A stretch of 64,000 bases of DNA from positions 352,001-416,000 of the forward strand of contig CAWFOM010000005.1 in assembly GCA_963817385.1 (NCBI GenBank), in the 5' to 3' direction. The notes beneath the pieces are model-generated. The model searched no databases, was not told where the DNA came from, and saw nothing but the letters and a program-made list of their open reading frames with translations. The stretch is from an uncultured delta proteobacterium (GTDB taxonomy: Bacteria; Desulfobacterota; Syntrophia; Syntrophales; UBA5619). A program made the translations under genes and the position numbers. Shown here in pieces: positions 40,485 to 53,049 of the stretch (positions are counted from its first letter, which is position 1; the number at the start of each line of letters is the position of its first letter).

Positions 40485-41763
40485 ATGTTAAAACTAATTC
40501 GATTAACAGTTTTTTTACAGGCGTTCGGCTACCTATTTCAGTTTGTAGCGTTTTTTTTATTTGCCAAGATGCTCGGGTCAGAAAATCAAGGAATATTAAG
40601 TATATTCAGATCTGCTGGACAAATAATTGCCTCATTATTATTGCTCGGTTTACCAGGTGGAATCATTTATTTTGTTGGGAAAGATAGAAACCTTTTGGGG
40701 TCAGTAATCAAAAATTGCTTAAAATCATTAGTTATTGCATTCCCGCTGCTAATTATATTCCTTTATATGCCACTGGTAAATGGATTACTAAAAAAATACG
40801 GAATTGGAGATTATATTGCATACTTGGTTATGTTTATTTTTTTCTTATCCTGTTTGGGAGTTTTTGAGCCATCAATTCTTGGCATACAAAAATATTTGTT
40901 CTACAATCTATTTACGTTTGGATGCTGGGACTATAATAATTATTTTTTCAATTTCAATCTGGTTTATACCTCCGGGAAATAATAAGCTACTATTATCTAT
41001 CGTTGCATATCTCGCCACGTATGGACTCATGTTTATTTATGGTGCAGTTCTAATATATAATGAAAAAAAGAAGATAAGTAATCATGAAATAAAGCAATCT
41101 TTTTTGGAACAGTTCCAAGTGGGAATCAGGGGATTTATTTCCACGATATCAGCATTATTACTTTACCGATTGGATTTATTTCTCGTTGGTTATTTTCTCT
41201 CGTTGAAAGAAGTTGGGATTTACTCAATAGCATTGTTTAGTACTGAAATGCTAACAAAAATACCTGCATGGTCTGCTGCGGTTCTTACGCCGATGGTTGC
41301 CGGCAACGTAAAAGAGCACATCAAACACACAATTTATCTTTTTTATTCTGCAATTATTGGTACATTTTTTGTTGGACTTATCTTCCTATTGACGATTGCT
41401 ATTTTTTCTAATTTTATTTCAAATTTGATTGGAAAAGATTTCGAGGGAGTTGAAATATGTATGCTCTTGCTGTTACCCCGGATTATCATGCAGAGTGGCG
41501 TTGTAATCTTGGCCGCAAATTTGGCAGGCAAAGGGTATCCATGGTATCATCCAATTGGATGTGCCATACCGCTTGTCCTTTTAATTCTCTTAGACAGTCA
41601 ACTCATCCCCTTATTGGGTATCTATGGTGCTGCGCTTGGAAATTCCTTAGCATATATTAGTGCTGTAATCATTTTTTGGAGAGGATTTCTTAAATATAAT
41701 GATCGTGATGAAAGTCTAAATCTGAAATCATATTGGTATACAATTCGAGGATACGTTCACTAA
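40485..41763 (+). CDS. wzx: Polysaccharide flippase (frameshift ~40920)
   Basis: About 12 TM helices; RLDLFLVGYF...VGIYS and GIYGAA motifs; AT-rich. Confidence 0.8.
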
Positions 41764-41815
41764 AATTTATGTCTTTTAATCCGTAAATTGACATAACATT
41801 GGCACCCAGAGAATT

Positions 41816-43198
41816 TTGAAGAGAGCATACTTCCAAATACTTGGACATAATCAAGTTTCCGAGGCGTCAAAAAAAAGCAACTTTCGAGATAGATTATATC
41901 TTATCCTCAGCGTTATACTATTCATTGGTCTTTTTAATTACGTCTACATTACGATTGTTTCAACAAAATGGGCATATGCTGGATTCATTTATACCCCCCC
42001 GCCGCTTCAATCCGTACAATTAGCATGCATGCTTGGGCTCCTACCAATTTTTTGGATGCCAATTCGTATTACTCGTCCCTCGCAGGTTCTTTACTGGCTG
42101 CTTTACGCAATTGTTTACGTACCTTCACTTTTTCTCCCGCATTATATACAGCGGCAGTCAACTCAAGATCTTTATTTACTGAATATTTCTTTTTTCATTA
42201 GCTTTTGCATTATAGGCTTGACCTACAAATTACTTCCTCGGGCAATAGCTCGCCCTAAATGGTCTAAGAAATTATGGTGGTTTTTCATTGTCGTTACTGT
42301 GACTTTTTTATATTCTGTTGTCTTAGCGGTGTATGGCGGACGGCTTCAATTTGCTGGTCTATACAACATCGAATTAAGGCTCGCATCAAGAGACCTTGAT
42401 ACTACCTTTTTGACTGGTTATGGGCAAATATGGCTAGTAAACGTAATTAATCCAATGTTGATGGCACTCGGGTTGTTTCGAAAAAAACCGCTTCTGTTTT
42501 TCATTGGAGCGGCTGGTCAAATATTGTTGTTCATGACTGTGGCAGCGAAGGGGTGGTTGCTATCGATCATTTTTTTGCCTTTTATGTTTCTCGTTTTAAA
42601 ATCAAAAAACAATATCTTCGGTTTGCGGTTTATCATTGGGATGTCGGGCCTGCTAATAATCACGATAATTCTTGAATTTTATGAATCACCTTTCTCTCGC
42701 ATCGTCCAAGACCTTATTGGCTTTAGATTGTTTAGCGACCCTGGATTCATGACTTCAGTCTATTCTGATTATTTTTCGCAAAATCCGTGGACTTATTGGT
42801 CACATTTAAAAGGCATAAGTGCACTTGTTGAATATCCGTACGATCTAACAATTAATTACTTGATAGGAGATTATTTGGGTAACGTCCAGAGTTCGGCTAA
42901 CGCCCATGCATGGGCAACGGACGGAATTGCAGCTATGGGTTTGACTGGTGTTCTTGTTATTGGCTTACTCATGGGTATTATTTTTTACATATTAGATTGC
43001 TCGGCAGCCGGTTTTGATCCCAAGTTCTCTGGATTATCGATTGCCATGCATGGTATCGCCCTCAGCAACCTATCACTTATGTCTTCTTTACTTGGAGGCG
43101 GGATTTTTTTTAATATGATTTTGTTCTGGCTGATGCCTCGAAATATTAGTACCTCCGAATTTATACAGAGCAGGAAGCTACCGCAGGTAAGGATATGA
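41816..43198 (+). CDS. wzy: Polytopic membrane protein, probable O-antigen polymerase
   Basis: 11-12 TM helices with a periplasmic loop, AT-rich, located between wzx and glycosyltransferases; no diagnostic motif. Confidence 0.55.
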   Translation: MKRAYFQILGHNQVSEASKKSNFRDRLYLILSVILFIGLFNYVYITIVSTKWAYAGFIYTPPPLQSVQLACMLGLLPIFWMPIRITRPSQVLYWLLYAIVYVPSLFLPHYIQRQSTQDLYLLNISFFISFCIIGLTYKLLPRAIARPKWSKKLWWFFIVVTVTFLYSVVLAVYGGRLQFAGLYNIELRLASRDLDTTFLTGYGQIWLVNVINPMLMALGLFRKKPLLFFIGAAGQILLFMTVAAKGWLLSIIFLPFMFLVLKSKNNIFGLRFIIGMSGLLIITIILEFYESPFSRIVQDLIGFRLFSDPGFMTSVYSDYFSQNPWTYWSHLKGISALVEYPYDLTINYLIGDYLGNVQSSANAHAWATDGIAAMGLTGVLVIGLLMGIIFYILDCSAAGFDPKFSGLSIAMHGIALSNLSLMSSLLGGGIFFNMILFWLMPRNISTSEFIQSRKLPQVRI

Positions 43199-43269
43199 AT
43201 AAAAATAAGCTGCCGATTATTATTGAATGTTCCATGCAGCAGAGAAAATTTAGAAGACCAAGTTAGGTT

Positions 43270-44470
43270 ATGAAAATTTTACATATTGTTGATTATTTGA
43301 TGCCAAAAATGGGTTATCAGGAGCTTTTATTACCAAAGTGGAATGCCCGACACGGTCATGAAGTACACATTATTACAAGCGATCGATTTTCTCCTGTTCC
43401 TGATTATGATCAAACCTGGGGTAAACTTTTGGGTCCACGAATATGTGGGACAGATATAACAAAGATATATCAAACCACGCTACATCGTCTTCCATGTACT
43501 TGGGAATGGAAAGGGCGCACGTGGATTAGCGGGCTAACGAGTAAAATCGAGCAGCTTAACCCTGATGTGATTTTCTGTCATGGAAGCGGATCTCCAACAG
43601 CTATGCGCGTGGGTGTCTTCTGTAAGCGTTTTGGATTACCCCTACTTATGGATAACCATATGGTTGAGTCTGCCAAGAACAATAAACTAAGTGGCCGTGT
43701 GTACTATTCTGTTCTGAAATTGGCAACAAGATTGATCTTGTTACGGGCAGTTTATCTTTTTCTTGGTGTTGCTCAGGAATGTTGCGATTTCCTTGAGATC
43801 GAGCAGGGAATCCCAAAAAGCAAGATTGATACTTTACCATTAGGTGTAGATACAGACGTGTTACAGATCGAGGATGTTGCTGGTGCTGAATTACGTGCTA
43901 AACTCAATATCCCCTCATCCGCAAAAGTGGTATTGCAGACAGGCAAACTGTCACATGACAAAGGACCGCATATACTAAGCCAAGTAATGGGGCCAGTTAT
44001 GAAGCAAAACTCTGAAGTATGGCTGGTATTTTTAGGAGCAGGGGAAGACGATTACTTAAACACTGTCCTTAAACCACTCAAAGAACACGGAGGTGATGGA
44101 CCGGGTGAAAATTATGTCTTTTGTTCCCTTCTCCGATCTTGCTGGATATTACAACATGTCGGATCTTTGTGTCTATCCAGCTGCGGCATCAATGAGTTGC
44201 CTTGAAGCAGCAGCTTGTGGGAGGTGTGTGATTATGGCTGATTTACCCGTCGGCAAATGGCGCGCTGAAAAAGGTGTCGGCATATGTTATAGAGAGGGAG
44301 ATGTTGAAGAATTAAAACAAATCATTATCAGGATACTATGTGATCACAGTGGTCGTTTAACTATGGGCCAACGAGCGCAGAAGTCAGTATTGGCACATTT
44401 CTCATATGATAACATTGCAAAGCAGGCTGAAGAAATGATGTGTAGGGCCATTAAGTATTCGGAATCCTAA
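43270..44470 (+). CDS. GT4 glycosyltransferase (frameshift ~44093)
   Basis: MGYQE, PLGVD, GKL..DKG and LEAAACG motifs. Confidence 0.85.
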
Positions 44471-44542
44471 ACCGTACATAAGGTAGCGATTAACACTACA
44501 ACAATAAATAAGGTGACGTTATCTTGGTTGGAAAAGGAAGTA

Positions 44543-45262
44543 ATGAAGAATATCGCCAGAAAAGTCAAAAGAATCGTCAAGGCCATTCTCGGTAAGGACT
44601 ATTTTTTTAGAGTTGACCATCTTTGTCAAAAGGCGAGATTTGGTTCCCAATACGGTGGATGGGATGTTGCTGTTGATCTGATTGATAAGAATTCCATAAT
44701 CTATTCATTTGGAATTGGGGAGGATGCATCTTTCGATATAGCCTTGATTGAAAGATTTGGTGTTACTGTTCACGCATTTGATCCAACACCACAATCGATT
44801 GAATGGGTTAAAAGACAAAATTATCCGATCAATTTCTTACTGCATGAGTATGGTATTGCAAACTTTGATGGAAAATGCTCATTCAATCCACCAGAGAATC
44901 CTGATCATGTCTCTCATACAATTCTCAATAGACCGGAAACGGAAAAAAGGTCAATTAGAGTTCCAGTAAGAAAACTGTCTACTATAATGAAGGAGCTAGG
45001 ACATAGCAAAATTGACATTGTGAAGATGGATGTTGAAGGCGCCGAGTTCGGAGTAATTGAGGATATTGAAAATTCAGATATCCGACCAAAACAGATACTT
45101 GTCGAGTTTCATCATAGATTTCCAAACGTGGGGATAAAAAAGACTCAAGAGGCAATCGATAAACTTAGAAATATGGGATATGGTCTGTTTTCTACTTCAA
45201 CTACGGGTGAGGAGTTCAGCTTCATTCATAAATCCACGAATAGGGGAACATCGACAAAATGA
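44543..45262 (+). CDS. FkbM-family methyltransferase
   Basis: YGGW, YSFGIGEDASFD, FDPTP, KMDVEGAE and VEFHH motifs. Confidence 0.88.
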   Translation: MKNIARKVKRIVKAILGKDYFFRVDHLCQKARFGSQYGGWDVAVDLIDKNSIIYSFGIGEDASFDIALIERFGVTVHAFDPTPQSIEWVKRQNYPINFLLHEYGIANFDGKCSFNPPENPDHVSHTILNRPETEKRSIRVPVRKLSTIMKELGHSKIDIVKMDVEGAEFGVIEDIENSDIRPKQILVEFHHRFPNVGIKKTQEAIDKLRNMGYGLFSTSTTGEEFSFIHKSTNRGTSTK

Positions 45263-46479
45263 ACATTCTCCATCTAATACCTTCCGTTGGTCCTGAGTCT
45301 TTTGGTCCTGGGTACGTAGCTCGAAACCTAGTAAAAGAGCAGCTATCTCTTGGAGTTTGTTCTCAGGTTTGGTGTATGGATGTTCATGAGGATATTCGAT
45401 GGGCGCTTGAAACGAGTGGCCTGCCCAAGGAAAGCATCCGATCGTTTACATGTGCAGGTCCAGACTTTCTCTGCTATTCTCCAGCAATGGAACGATTTGC
45501 TGCGGGTTCAGGCGGTCATAAGTTTAACATTGTTCACCTACACGGGATTTGGGCAGGTATCTCCCGTGTTGCAAATATATTGCGTAAGAAACATGGAATA
45601 TCCTCTGTAATTGCTCCGCACGGGTCACTTGAATCGTGGGCATTAAAACGATCACGATGGAAAAAGAGAATTGCAGAGGCGATTTATGAGTCAAAAAATC
45701 TTAGAGATGCATCGTGCCTTCACGCTACAGCTGAACCTGAAGTGACTGATTTTCGGAATTTTAACCTTTCGAACCCCATTGCATTAATTGAAAATGGCAT
45801 TTCTAACGAATGGATCAGTAGTAAAGGTAATGCTAAGCGATTCCGTGATTTGTTTTATATATCGGACAACAAGCGAATGCTACTCTTCATGTCCAGGATA
45901 ACTCCTAAAAAAGGCCTTTTGATGCTTCTTGACGCAATAAATATGTTAGGCAAAGATTTTGATGATTGGATACTGATTATTGTTGGGCCTGATGAATTTG
46001 GACATAAATCAGTAGTTGAGGCTTTTGTAAACAAGCTGAATATGCAAAATAAAGTTAGATTTATAAAACCACTTTTTAACCAGATAAAACGTGATGCATT
46101 CTCAGCAGCTGAGCTGTTTGTACTTCCGTCTTATAGCGAAGGTGCCCCTATGGTCATTCTTGATTCGCTTGCTGCGGGGATTCCCGTGATAGCAACTAAA
46201 GCCTCACCATGGAGCGAACTATTAACCCATGAGTGTGGTTGGTGGGTTGATATTAGCGTAAATGGAATTTATGCGGCGCTCGGCCAAGCGCTGAGACTGC
46301 ATAGAGAACAGCTAAGAGAAATGGGTCAACGGGGGAAAAAATTGATAGATTCCAAATACACATGGCCTAAATTAACATTGAAGACGATGGACCTTTACTC
46401 ATGGCTTTTAGGACACGGAAAAGCACCAGATTTTGTTTTTTTTAATAATCTTGCTAACAATCCGATAGAAAGATCTTGA
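45259..46479 (+). CDS. GT4 glycosyltransferase
   Basis: HLHGIW, APHG, SRI.PKKG and LPSYSEG motifs. Confidence 0.9.
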   Translation: MNILHLIPSVGPESFGPGYVARNLVKEQLSLGVCSQVWCMDVHEDIRWALETSGLPKESIRSFTCAGPDFLCYSPAMERFAAGSGGHKFNIVHLHGIWAGISRVANILRKKHGISSVIAPHGSLESWALKRSRWKKRIAEAIYESKNLRDASCLHATAEPEVTDFRNFNLSNPIALIENGISNEWISSKGNAKRFRDLFYISDNKRMLLFMSRITPKKGLLMLLDAINMLGKDFDDWILIIVGPDEFGHKSVVEAFVNKLNMQNKVRFIKPLFNQIKRDAFSAAELFVLPSYSEGAPMVILDSLAAGIPVIATKASPWSELLTHECGWWVDISVNGIYAALGQALRLHREQLREMGQRGKKLIDSKYTWPKLTLKTMDLYSWLLGHGKAPDFVFFNNLANNPIERS

Positions 46480-46485
46480 AAAACG

Positions 46486-47406
46486 ATGAATATTTTAATA
46501 CTTGGCGGAAATGGTTTTATTGGGTCACATCTGGTCGATAAACTTCTTGCAAATGGACATACGGTACGGGTTTTTGATAAATATAATGAATATTATCGAA
46601 AGCCTATCCCGAACGTAGAGTATTGTTTTGGAGATTTTGGAAATCGTAGCCTTGTTTCCGATGCTCTTACTAATATAGATTTGGCTTTTCATCTTATTTA
46701 CACCACTCGTCCTAAGACCTCTAATGATGACCCTGCCTTTGATGTACAGTCAAATGTGATTGAATCACTATTTTTTCTGGAAAAATGTGTTACGTATGGA
46801 GTTAAAAAAATTGTTTTTATCTCAAGTGGTGGAACTATTTACGGGAATCCCAAAACATTGCCAGTAACAGAGGATAGCCCCAAAAATCCTATTTGTTCTT
46901 ACGGGATTACAAAATTAATGATTGAAAAGTACTTGTTTCTTTTTAACCAGCTATATGGCCTAAAGAGTGCGATTATTCGTCCTTCAAATCCTTATGGTCC
47001 AAGACAAAACCATAAAGATATTCAAGGAATCATCCCTATTTTCCTGGGCAAGATTAAAGATGGCCACCCAATCGAAATATGGGGTGATGGTGAAATCGTC
47101 AGGGATTATATTTATATTGAGGATTTAGTTGAAGGCCTTTACAGGGCAGCTTTACTTGACACATCATACACTATATTAAACTTAGGCAGTGGCACAGGTC
47201 ATTCGATTAATGAAATTTTAAGAATTATTCGCAGGGTTGTTGGCTACGAAATAGAAGTTACTTATGCAAAAAAAAGATTATTTGATGTGCAGGATATTTA
47301 TCTTGATATAGGCAGAGCAAAAAAGGAACTTTCCTGGAAACCCATTACGTCGCTGGATGATGGGATAAAGAAAACTTGGGATTTTATCGAAGCTTTGCCT
47401 AAATGA
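46486..47406 (+). CDS. NAD-dependent sugar epimerase/dehydratase
   Basis: GGNGFIG, SSGGTIYG, YGITK and RDYIYI motifs. Confidence 0.9.
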   Translation: MNILILGGNGFIGSHLVDKLLANGHTVRVFDKYNEYYRKPIPNVEYCFGDFGNRSLVSDALTNIDLAFHLIYTTRPKTSNDDPAFDVQSNVIESLFFLEKCVTYGVKKIVFISSGGTIYGNPKTLPVTEDSPKNPICSYGITKLMIEKYLFLFNQLYGLKSAIIRPSNPYGPRQNHKDIQGIIPIFLGKIKDGHPIEIWGDGEIVRDYIYIEDLVEGLYRAALLDTSYTILNLGSGTGHSINEILRIIRRVVGYEIEVTYAKKRLFDVQDIYLDIGRAKKELSWKPITSLDDGIKKTWDFIEALPK

Positions 47407-47524
47407 ATATGAATCCCATGGAAGTAAGCTGGGGTTTACGCAAATTATTATTTTACGCTACCCGATAGGATACTATACTTCTTCCCAGAGGTAATGTAGC
47501 AGGATTTATACCCAACAATAAAGC

Positions 47525-48781
47525 ATGCGAATCTTAATTCTTACCCAGTATTTCTATCCGGAACCAGAAGCGATTCCATACGAATTGGCAACGGGTTTGG
47601 TGGAGCGGGGTCACGAGGTGATAGTAGCAACTGGCTTCCCGAACTATCCTTACGGGCGAATATTCCCTGGTTATAAACAGCAGCTTTGGAAGACAGAAGT
47701 GATACAAGAAGTTAAGGTGTGCCGATTCCCGCTCTATCCTGATCGGAGCAAGTCCATTCTTGGACGATGCTTGTACTATCTTAGCCTTTCCTCGTCAATA
47801 ATTCTATTAGGGAACATATTTTGTAGAAACATTGACATAATATTTGTGTATCACCCGATCACATTAGGGCTGCCGGCGTTTTGGATCGGTCTATTGCGTC
47901 GAGCGCCTTTTGTTATAAACATTCAGGACATGTATCCCGAATCCTTATCCGCAACTAATATTGCGGATAAGGATTTTGCCATTAAAATTGTTGGTAGATT
48001 TGCCAAGTTTATATATAAAAGAGCTGCTGCATTAGCGGTCATCTCCAATGGATTCAGGCAAAATCTTTTAGAAAAAGGTGTTGCTCCGAAAAAAATACAT
48101 GTGATTCTGAATTGGGCTAATGAGAATCTTTACCTCCCTATGGCAAGAGATGAAAGCTTAGCTGAACACTGCGGAATGCGAGGTCGATTCAACGTGGTGT
48201 ATGCAGGGAGTATGGGACCACCTCAGGGGCTGTATTCCGTCATCGAAGCTGCATTATTGCTCAGCGGTATTGGGGATATACAGTTTGTTTTCATTGGTGA
48301 TGGTATTGATAAATCCGAGTTGGAGGCTCTTGTTAAAGATAAAAAGATAGGTAATGTAATTTTTCTGCCACGACAGGCAGCGTCGCGCATATCCTCATTC
48401 TATGCTCTCGCAGATATTCTTATTGTTCATCTGATAAATAATCCTCTATTCGAAATAACCATACCAAGCAAGGTTCAGAGTTATCTGGCCTTTGGCCGTC
48501 CGATACTTGTAGGTATTAAGGGGGAAGCGGCCGACCTCGTTATTAAAGCCGGGGCAGGAGTAAAGGCGGCACCGTCAAATCCCGAGGACATAGCCAAGGG
48601 CGTTATGCAAATCTATAACATGTCTAAAAAGGATAGGGAAAGAATGGGGGATGCTGGCAGACAGTTTTTTCTTCAGAATCTGACAATGAAGCAAGGAGTA
48701 GACAGTTACGAAAACTTGTTTAAAGAAGTCATTCTGCAGAGACGGGGAAAATCAATCAGGTTAACCGAAAAGGAGTGTTGA
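47525..48781 (+). CDS. GT4 glycosyltransferase, WbuB-like (candidate L-FucNAc transferase)
   Basis: TQYFYPE, TGFPNYP.G, QDMYPES, YAG.MG..QGL and IPSKVQSYLA motifs. Confidence 0.88.
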   Translation: MRILILTQYFYPEPEAIPYELATGLVERGHEVIVATGFPNYPYGRIFPGYKQQLWKTEVIQEVKVCRFPLYPDRSKSILGRCLYYLSLSSSIILLGNIFCRNIDIIFVYHPITLGLPAFWIGLLRRAPFVINIQDMYPESLSATNIADKDFAIKIVGRFAKFIYKRAAALAVISNGFRQNLLEKGVAPKKIHVILNWANENLYLPMARDESLAEHCGMRGRFNVVYAGSMGPPQGLYSVIEAALLLSGIGDIQFVFIGDGIDKSELEALVKDKKIGNVIFLPRQAASRISSFYALADILIVHLINNPLFEITIPSKVQSYLAFGRPILVGIKGEAADLVIKAGAGVKAAPSNPEDIAKGVMQIYNMSKKDRERMGDAGRQFFLQNLTMKQGVDSYENLFKEVILQRRGKSIRLTEKEC

Positions 48782-49597
48782 ATGGATTTTCGTAAGGAAC
48801 AAGAAAAAAAATTTCATAACACTTTGAGACATGAGTCGTTTGGGCAAAGATGGACGCCGGAACTGGAAAAAACAATCGAGGCGAACCCCTTATGGGTAAA
48901 CATGAAATATTATTCAGTCGAGCGAAAAAGTCGAGATATGGTATTAAAATGGTTTTCCCGAAATTGCCAAAACAAAAAGGTGCTTGATTATTGCTGCGGT
49001 AATGGCGAAGATGCTTTTTACATTGCCCGGAATGGGGCCAAGCAGGTATCCGGTATTGATATTTCGGAGGTCTCCATTGAGAATTGCAGAAAACGGGCTT
49101 CAGAAGAAAATCTAACGGCTAGTACGAAATTCTTGGTTATGGACGCGGAAGCTCTGGATTTTGCCGACGACACTTTCGATGTTATAACTGAATATGGATC
49201 TCTCCATCACCTAAGGCTTGAAAAGGCCTACTCGGAACTTGCTAGGGTTGTTACGCATAACGGAAGCGTAATATGCAATGAGGCACTAGGGCATAATCCG
49301 TTAATAAACCTATATAGAAGAGTAACACCTCATTTGAGGACTGAATGGGAAGCAAGGCATATAATTCGCAAAAAAGACTTAAAACTTGCCCGAAAGTACT
49401 TCAAGACCGTCGAAATGAATTTTTTCCATCTCGCAACTCTGACAGCCGTTCCATTTCGGAAACTACGAAATCTTGATATGTTCTTAACGGTAATGGAAAG
49501 AATTGACCAAGTTTTGCTCAGTTTGCCAATTCTTAAGTGGCAGGCGTGGCAGATTGTGTTCATCCTATCTGAACCGATAAAACCAAGTACAAGATAG
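48782..49597 (+). CDS. Class I SAM-dependent methyltransferase
   Basis: VLDYCCGNG, GIDIS, MDAE, LHHL motifs. Confidence 0.88.
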   Translation: MDFRKEQEKKFHNTLRHESFGQRWTPELEKTIEANPLWVNMKYYSVERKSRDMVLKWFSRNCQNKKVLDYCCGNGEDAFYIARNGAKQVSGIDISEVSIENCRKRASEENLTASTKFLVMDAEALDFADDTFDVITEYGSLHHLRLEKAYSELARVVTHNGSVICNEALGHNPLINLYRRVTPHLRTEWEARHIIRKKDLKLARKYFKTVEMNFFHLATLTAVPFRKLRNLDMFLTVMERIDQVLLSLPILKWQAWQIVFILSEPIKPSTR

Positions 49598-49718
49598 CCT
49601 CATACACATTATCGGCAGAAACCGAGATAAAGGGATCAGAGAAGAAGATGTTCACTGTTGGCCTGGTGTTACAACATGTTGGATTCTCCTGTGAATAATT
49701 GCTGAATTGGGAGCAGAT

Positions 49719-50747
49719 ATGTTTAAAGACAGGATTTTGCTTATCACCGGTGGTACAGGATCATTTGGAAATGCTGTACTGAGGTGGTTTCTTTATACAG
49801 ATATAAAAGAGATACGGATATTTAGCCGTGATGAAAAGAAACAGGATGAGATGCGCAATGCCCTGCGGAATCCAAAGGTGAAGTTCTACTTGGGGAATGT
49901 CCGGGATTATGACAGCCTCCTGCCTGCCATGCGGGGTGTGGATATGGTTTTCCATGCCGCGGCCCTCAAGCAGGTGCCGTCCTGTGAATTTTTCCCCCTG
50001 GAGGCGATCCGGACGAACGCCATTGGTGCGGAAAATGTCATGAAGGCGGCCTTGGCCTGCAATGTAAAAAACATGATCGTGCTCAGCACCGATAAGGCCG
50101 TTTATCCCATCAATGCGATGGGGATGTCCAAGGCGCTGATGGAAAAGCTCATGATCGCCAAGGCGCGTGCCCACGGCGATACGGGAACGATCTTTTGCGG
50201 CACCCGCTACGGCAATGTCATGGGATCCCGGGGTTCCGTCATTCCCCTTTTTATCAGCCAGATCCTGACGGGCGAGCCCTTGACGATCACCGATCCGAAC
50301 ATGACCCGCTTCATGATGTCCATCGATGATGCGGTGGACCTCGTCGTATATGCTTTTGAAGCATGGAAATCCAGGTGATGTCTTTGTCCAGAAGGCCCCG
50401 GCGGCGACCATTGAAACACTGGCCAGGTGCGTTGAAGAAGCTGTTCAATGCCGACAACGAAATCCGTATCATCGGCACCCGGCATGGTGAAAAACTTTAT
50501 GAAACGCTGCTGACACGGGAGGAGATGGCCCGTGCGGAAGATATGGGAGATTATTACCGGATTCCTGCGGATATCCGCGACCTGAACTATGCCTGCTATT
50601 TCACCGAGGGCGAGATGAAGGTTGCCGGCCATGAGGATTACCATTCCCACAATACGCGGCGACTTGGATGAGGACGGGCTGATTGAATTATTGCTCAAGC
50701 TGGATTTTGTGAGGTCGTCCTTGGAGACGGGGAAGATTGCATTGTAG
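49719..50747 (+). CDS. fnlA: UDP-GlcNAc 4,6-dehydratase FnlA/WbjB/CapE (three +1 frameshifts)
   Basis: TGGTGSFG, SRDEKKQ, AALKQVPSCEFFP, STDKAVYPINAMGMSK, RHGEKLYE and YHSHNT motifs. Confidence 0.92.
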
Positions 50748-50769
50748 GGGATGCGATAGAGGAAGTGCA

Positions 50770-51888
50770 ATGAAGTCTGTTTTAGTAACCGGCGCGAAGG
50801 GTTTCATTGGGAAGAACCTGATTGTCGCCCTCAAGCGCAGGGCCGACGTTGACGTCATCGAATACGATCTGGACTCCCCGGCAGGGTCTCTTGGAGGAAG
50901 GGCTGGCCAAGGCGGATGTGATCTATCACCTGGCCGGGGTGAATCGGCCGGAGCGGGTTGAGGAGTTCACGGAAGGCAATTTCGATTTGACGCGGCAGGT
51001 CTGCGATGCCTTGCGGAGATTGGGTCGTACGCCCCTGCTTGTGCTGTCCTCATCCACCCAGGCCGCCTTGGACAATCCCTACGGGCTTTCCAAGCGCCAG
51101 GCGGAAGAGGCCGTGTTCGACTTTGGCAGGGAAACAGGGGCGTCGGTCTTTGTCTTTCGCCTGTCACGGCGTCTTCGGCAAATGGTGCCGGCCCAACTAC
51201 AATTCCGTGGTGGCCACCTTCTGTCACAACATCGCCCGCGATCTGCCCATCGCCATCTCCGATCCGGCAAGAGAAATCGAACTGGTTTATATTGATGATG
51301 TGGTCCGTGCCTTCATCGGCGTCATGGATGGCCGCCTGCCTGTTTCAGATGGTAAGTATTGCCTGGTGAAACCGACGTATCGAATATCCCTGGGCGCATT
51401 GGCGGAAACGATCCAGGGCTTTCGGGACAGCCGGGTCAGCCTTGCCCTGCCGGACATGAGCGACCCTTTTATCCGCGCCCTCTATGCGACCTATGTTTCG
51501 TATCTTCCCGCGGATTCCTTCGCCTATGCATTGACCCAGAGGACCGATCCCCGGGGGGAACTGGCCGAGCTGCTGAAATCGCCTCACATCGGCCAGATTT
51601 TCGTATCGCGCACCCGGCCGGGAATCACGCAGGGGCCACCATTATCATGATACCAAGGTGGAGAAGTTTGTCGTCCTGGAAGGGGATGCGGTGATCCGGT
51701 TTCGCCATATCTTGGGCGGGGATGTCATCGAATACCCCGTTTCCGGCCGTGAGTTCCGCGTGGTCGATATCCCGCCAGGATACACCCATTCCATCGAGAA
51801 CATCGGTCAAAACGATCTGATCGTGCTCTTCTGGGCGGATGAAATTTTTGATCCGGATATTCCGGATACCTTTGGAATGACGGTGTGA
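50770..51888 (+). CDS. fnlB: FnlB/WbjC/CapF epimerase-reductase with C-terminal cupin (three +1 frameshifts)
   Basis: [53 protein letters not shown] and FWADE motifs. Confidence 0.9.
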
Positions 51889-51908
51889 AAGATTCGGAAG
51901 GAGCCTCT

Positions 51909-53030
51909 ATGAAAGTCATGACCGTTGTCGGCACCCGGCCGGAAATCATCCGCCTGAGCCGGGTGATCGCCGCGCTGGAACGTTATACCCGGCATATCCT
52001 CGTCCATACGGGCCAGAATTACGATTATGAGTTGAACCAGGTCTTTTTCGATGACTTGGAGTTGCGGGCGCCCGATCACTTTCTGGAGGCGGCGGGGAAG
52101 ACCCCGGCGGAGACCGTCGGCCTCGTCATCGCGAAGGTGGACGAGGTTCTGGCTGCTGAAAAGCCCGATGCGGTCCTGATTCTCGGGGATACAAACAGTT
52201 GCCTGGCGGCCTACCCGGCGAAACGGCGCAAGATTCCCGTATTTCACATGGAGGCGGGAAATCGCTGCTTCGATCAGCGTGTGCCGGAAGAGATCAACCG
52301 CAAGATCGTGGATCACATCAGCGACATCAACATGCCCTACAGTGCCATCGGCCGCGAGTATCTCCTGCGCGAGGGGTTGCCGCCGGATCGTGTGATCAAG
52401 ACGGGCAGCCCCATGTTCGAGGTGCTGCATTACTACATGCCGAAGATCGAACGATCCGCCGTGCTGGAAACATTGCGCTTGAATCCTCTGGATTATTTCG
52501 TCCTGAGCTGCCATCGGGAAGAAAATGTCGATGATGAAAGCAATTTCCGGGGGCTGATAGAGGTATTGCAGGGATTGGTTGCCTCTTACGGCAAGCGCAT
52601 CATCATGACCACCCATCCCCGCACGAGAAAACGTATCGAACAGGAAGGGATCGAACTGCCGCTATTAGTGGAATTGCACAAGCCTTTCGGGCTGATCGAT
52701 TATGTGAAGCTCCAGATGAATGCCCACGCCGTCCTCTCGGACAGCGGCACGATCACGGAAGAATCGTCGATTCTGAATTTTCCCGCCCTCAATATCCGCC
52801 AGGCCCATGAGCGCCCGGAGGGAATGGAGGAAGGGGCCGTGATGATGGTGGGAATGGACTGGCAGTTGGTTTGGGAGGGACTTACTGTCTTGGAGACCCA
52901 GCATCGTGGTAATGATCGTACGTTGCGAATAGTAGGCGACTACGATGTACCCAACGTGTCAGAAAAAGTTTTGCGCATCATTTTGAGCTACACCGATTAT
53001 GTCAAGAGAACGGTCTGGCGTAAACCATAA
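51909..53030 (+). CDS. fnlC: FnlC/WbjD/CapG C2-epimerase
   Basis: [41 protein letters not shown] and HERPEG motifs. Confidence 0.93.
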   Translation: MKVMTVVGTRPEIIRLSRVIAALERYTRHILVHTGQNYDYELNQVFFDDLELRAPDHFLEAAGKTPAETVGLVIAKVDEVLAAEKPDAVLILGDTNSCLAAYPAKRRKIPVFHMEAGNRCFDQRVPEEINRKIVDHISDINMPYSAIGREYLLREGLPPDRVIKTGSPMFEVLHYYMPKIERSAVLETLRLNPLDYFVLSCHREENVDDESNFRGLIEVLQGLVASYGKRIIMTTHPRTRKRIEQEGIELPLLVELHKPFGLIDYVKLQMNAHAVLSDSGTITEESSILNFPALNIRQAHERPEGMEEGAVMMVGMDWQLVWEGLTVLETQHRGNDRTLRIVGDYDVPNVSEKVLRIILSYTDYVKRTVWRKP

Positions 53031-53049
53031 CTTTAAACAGGTTGTATGA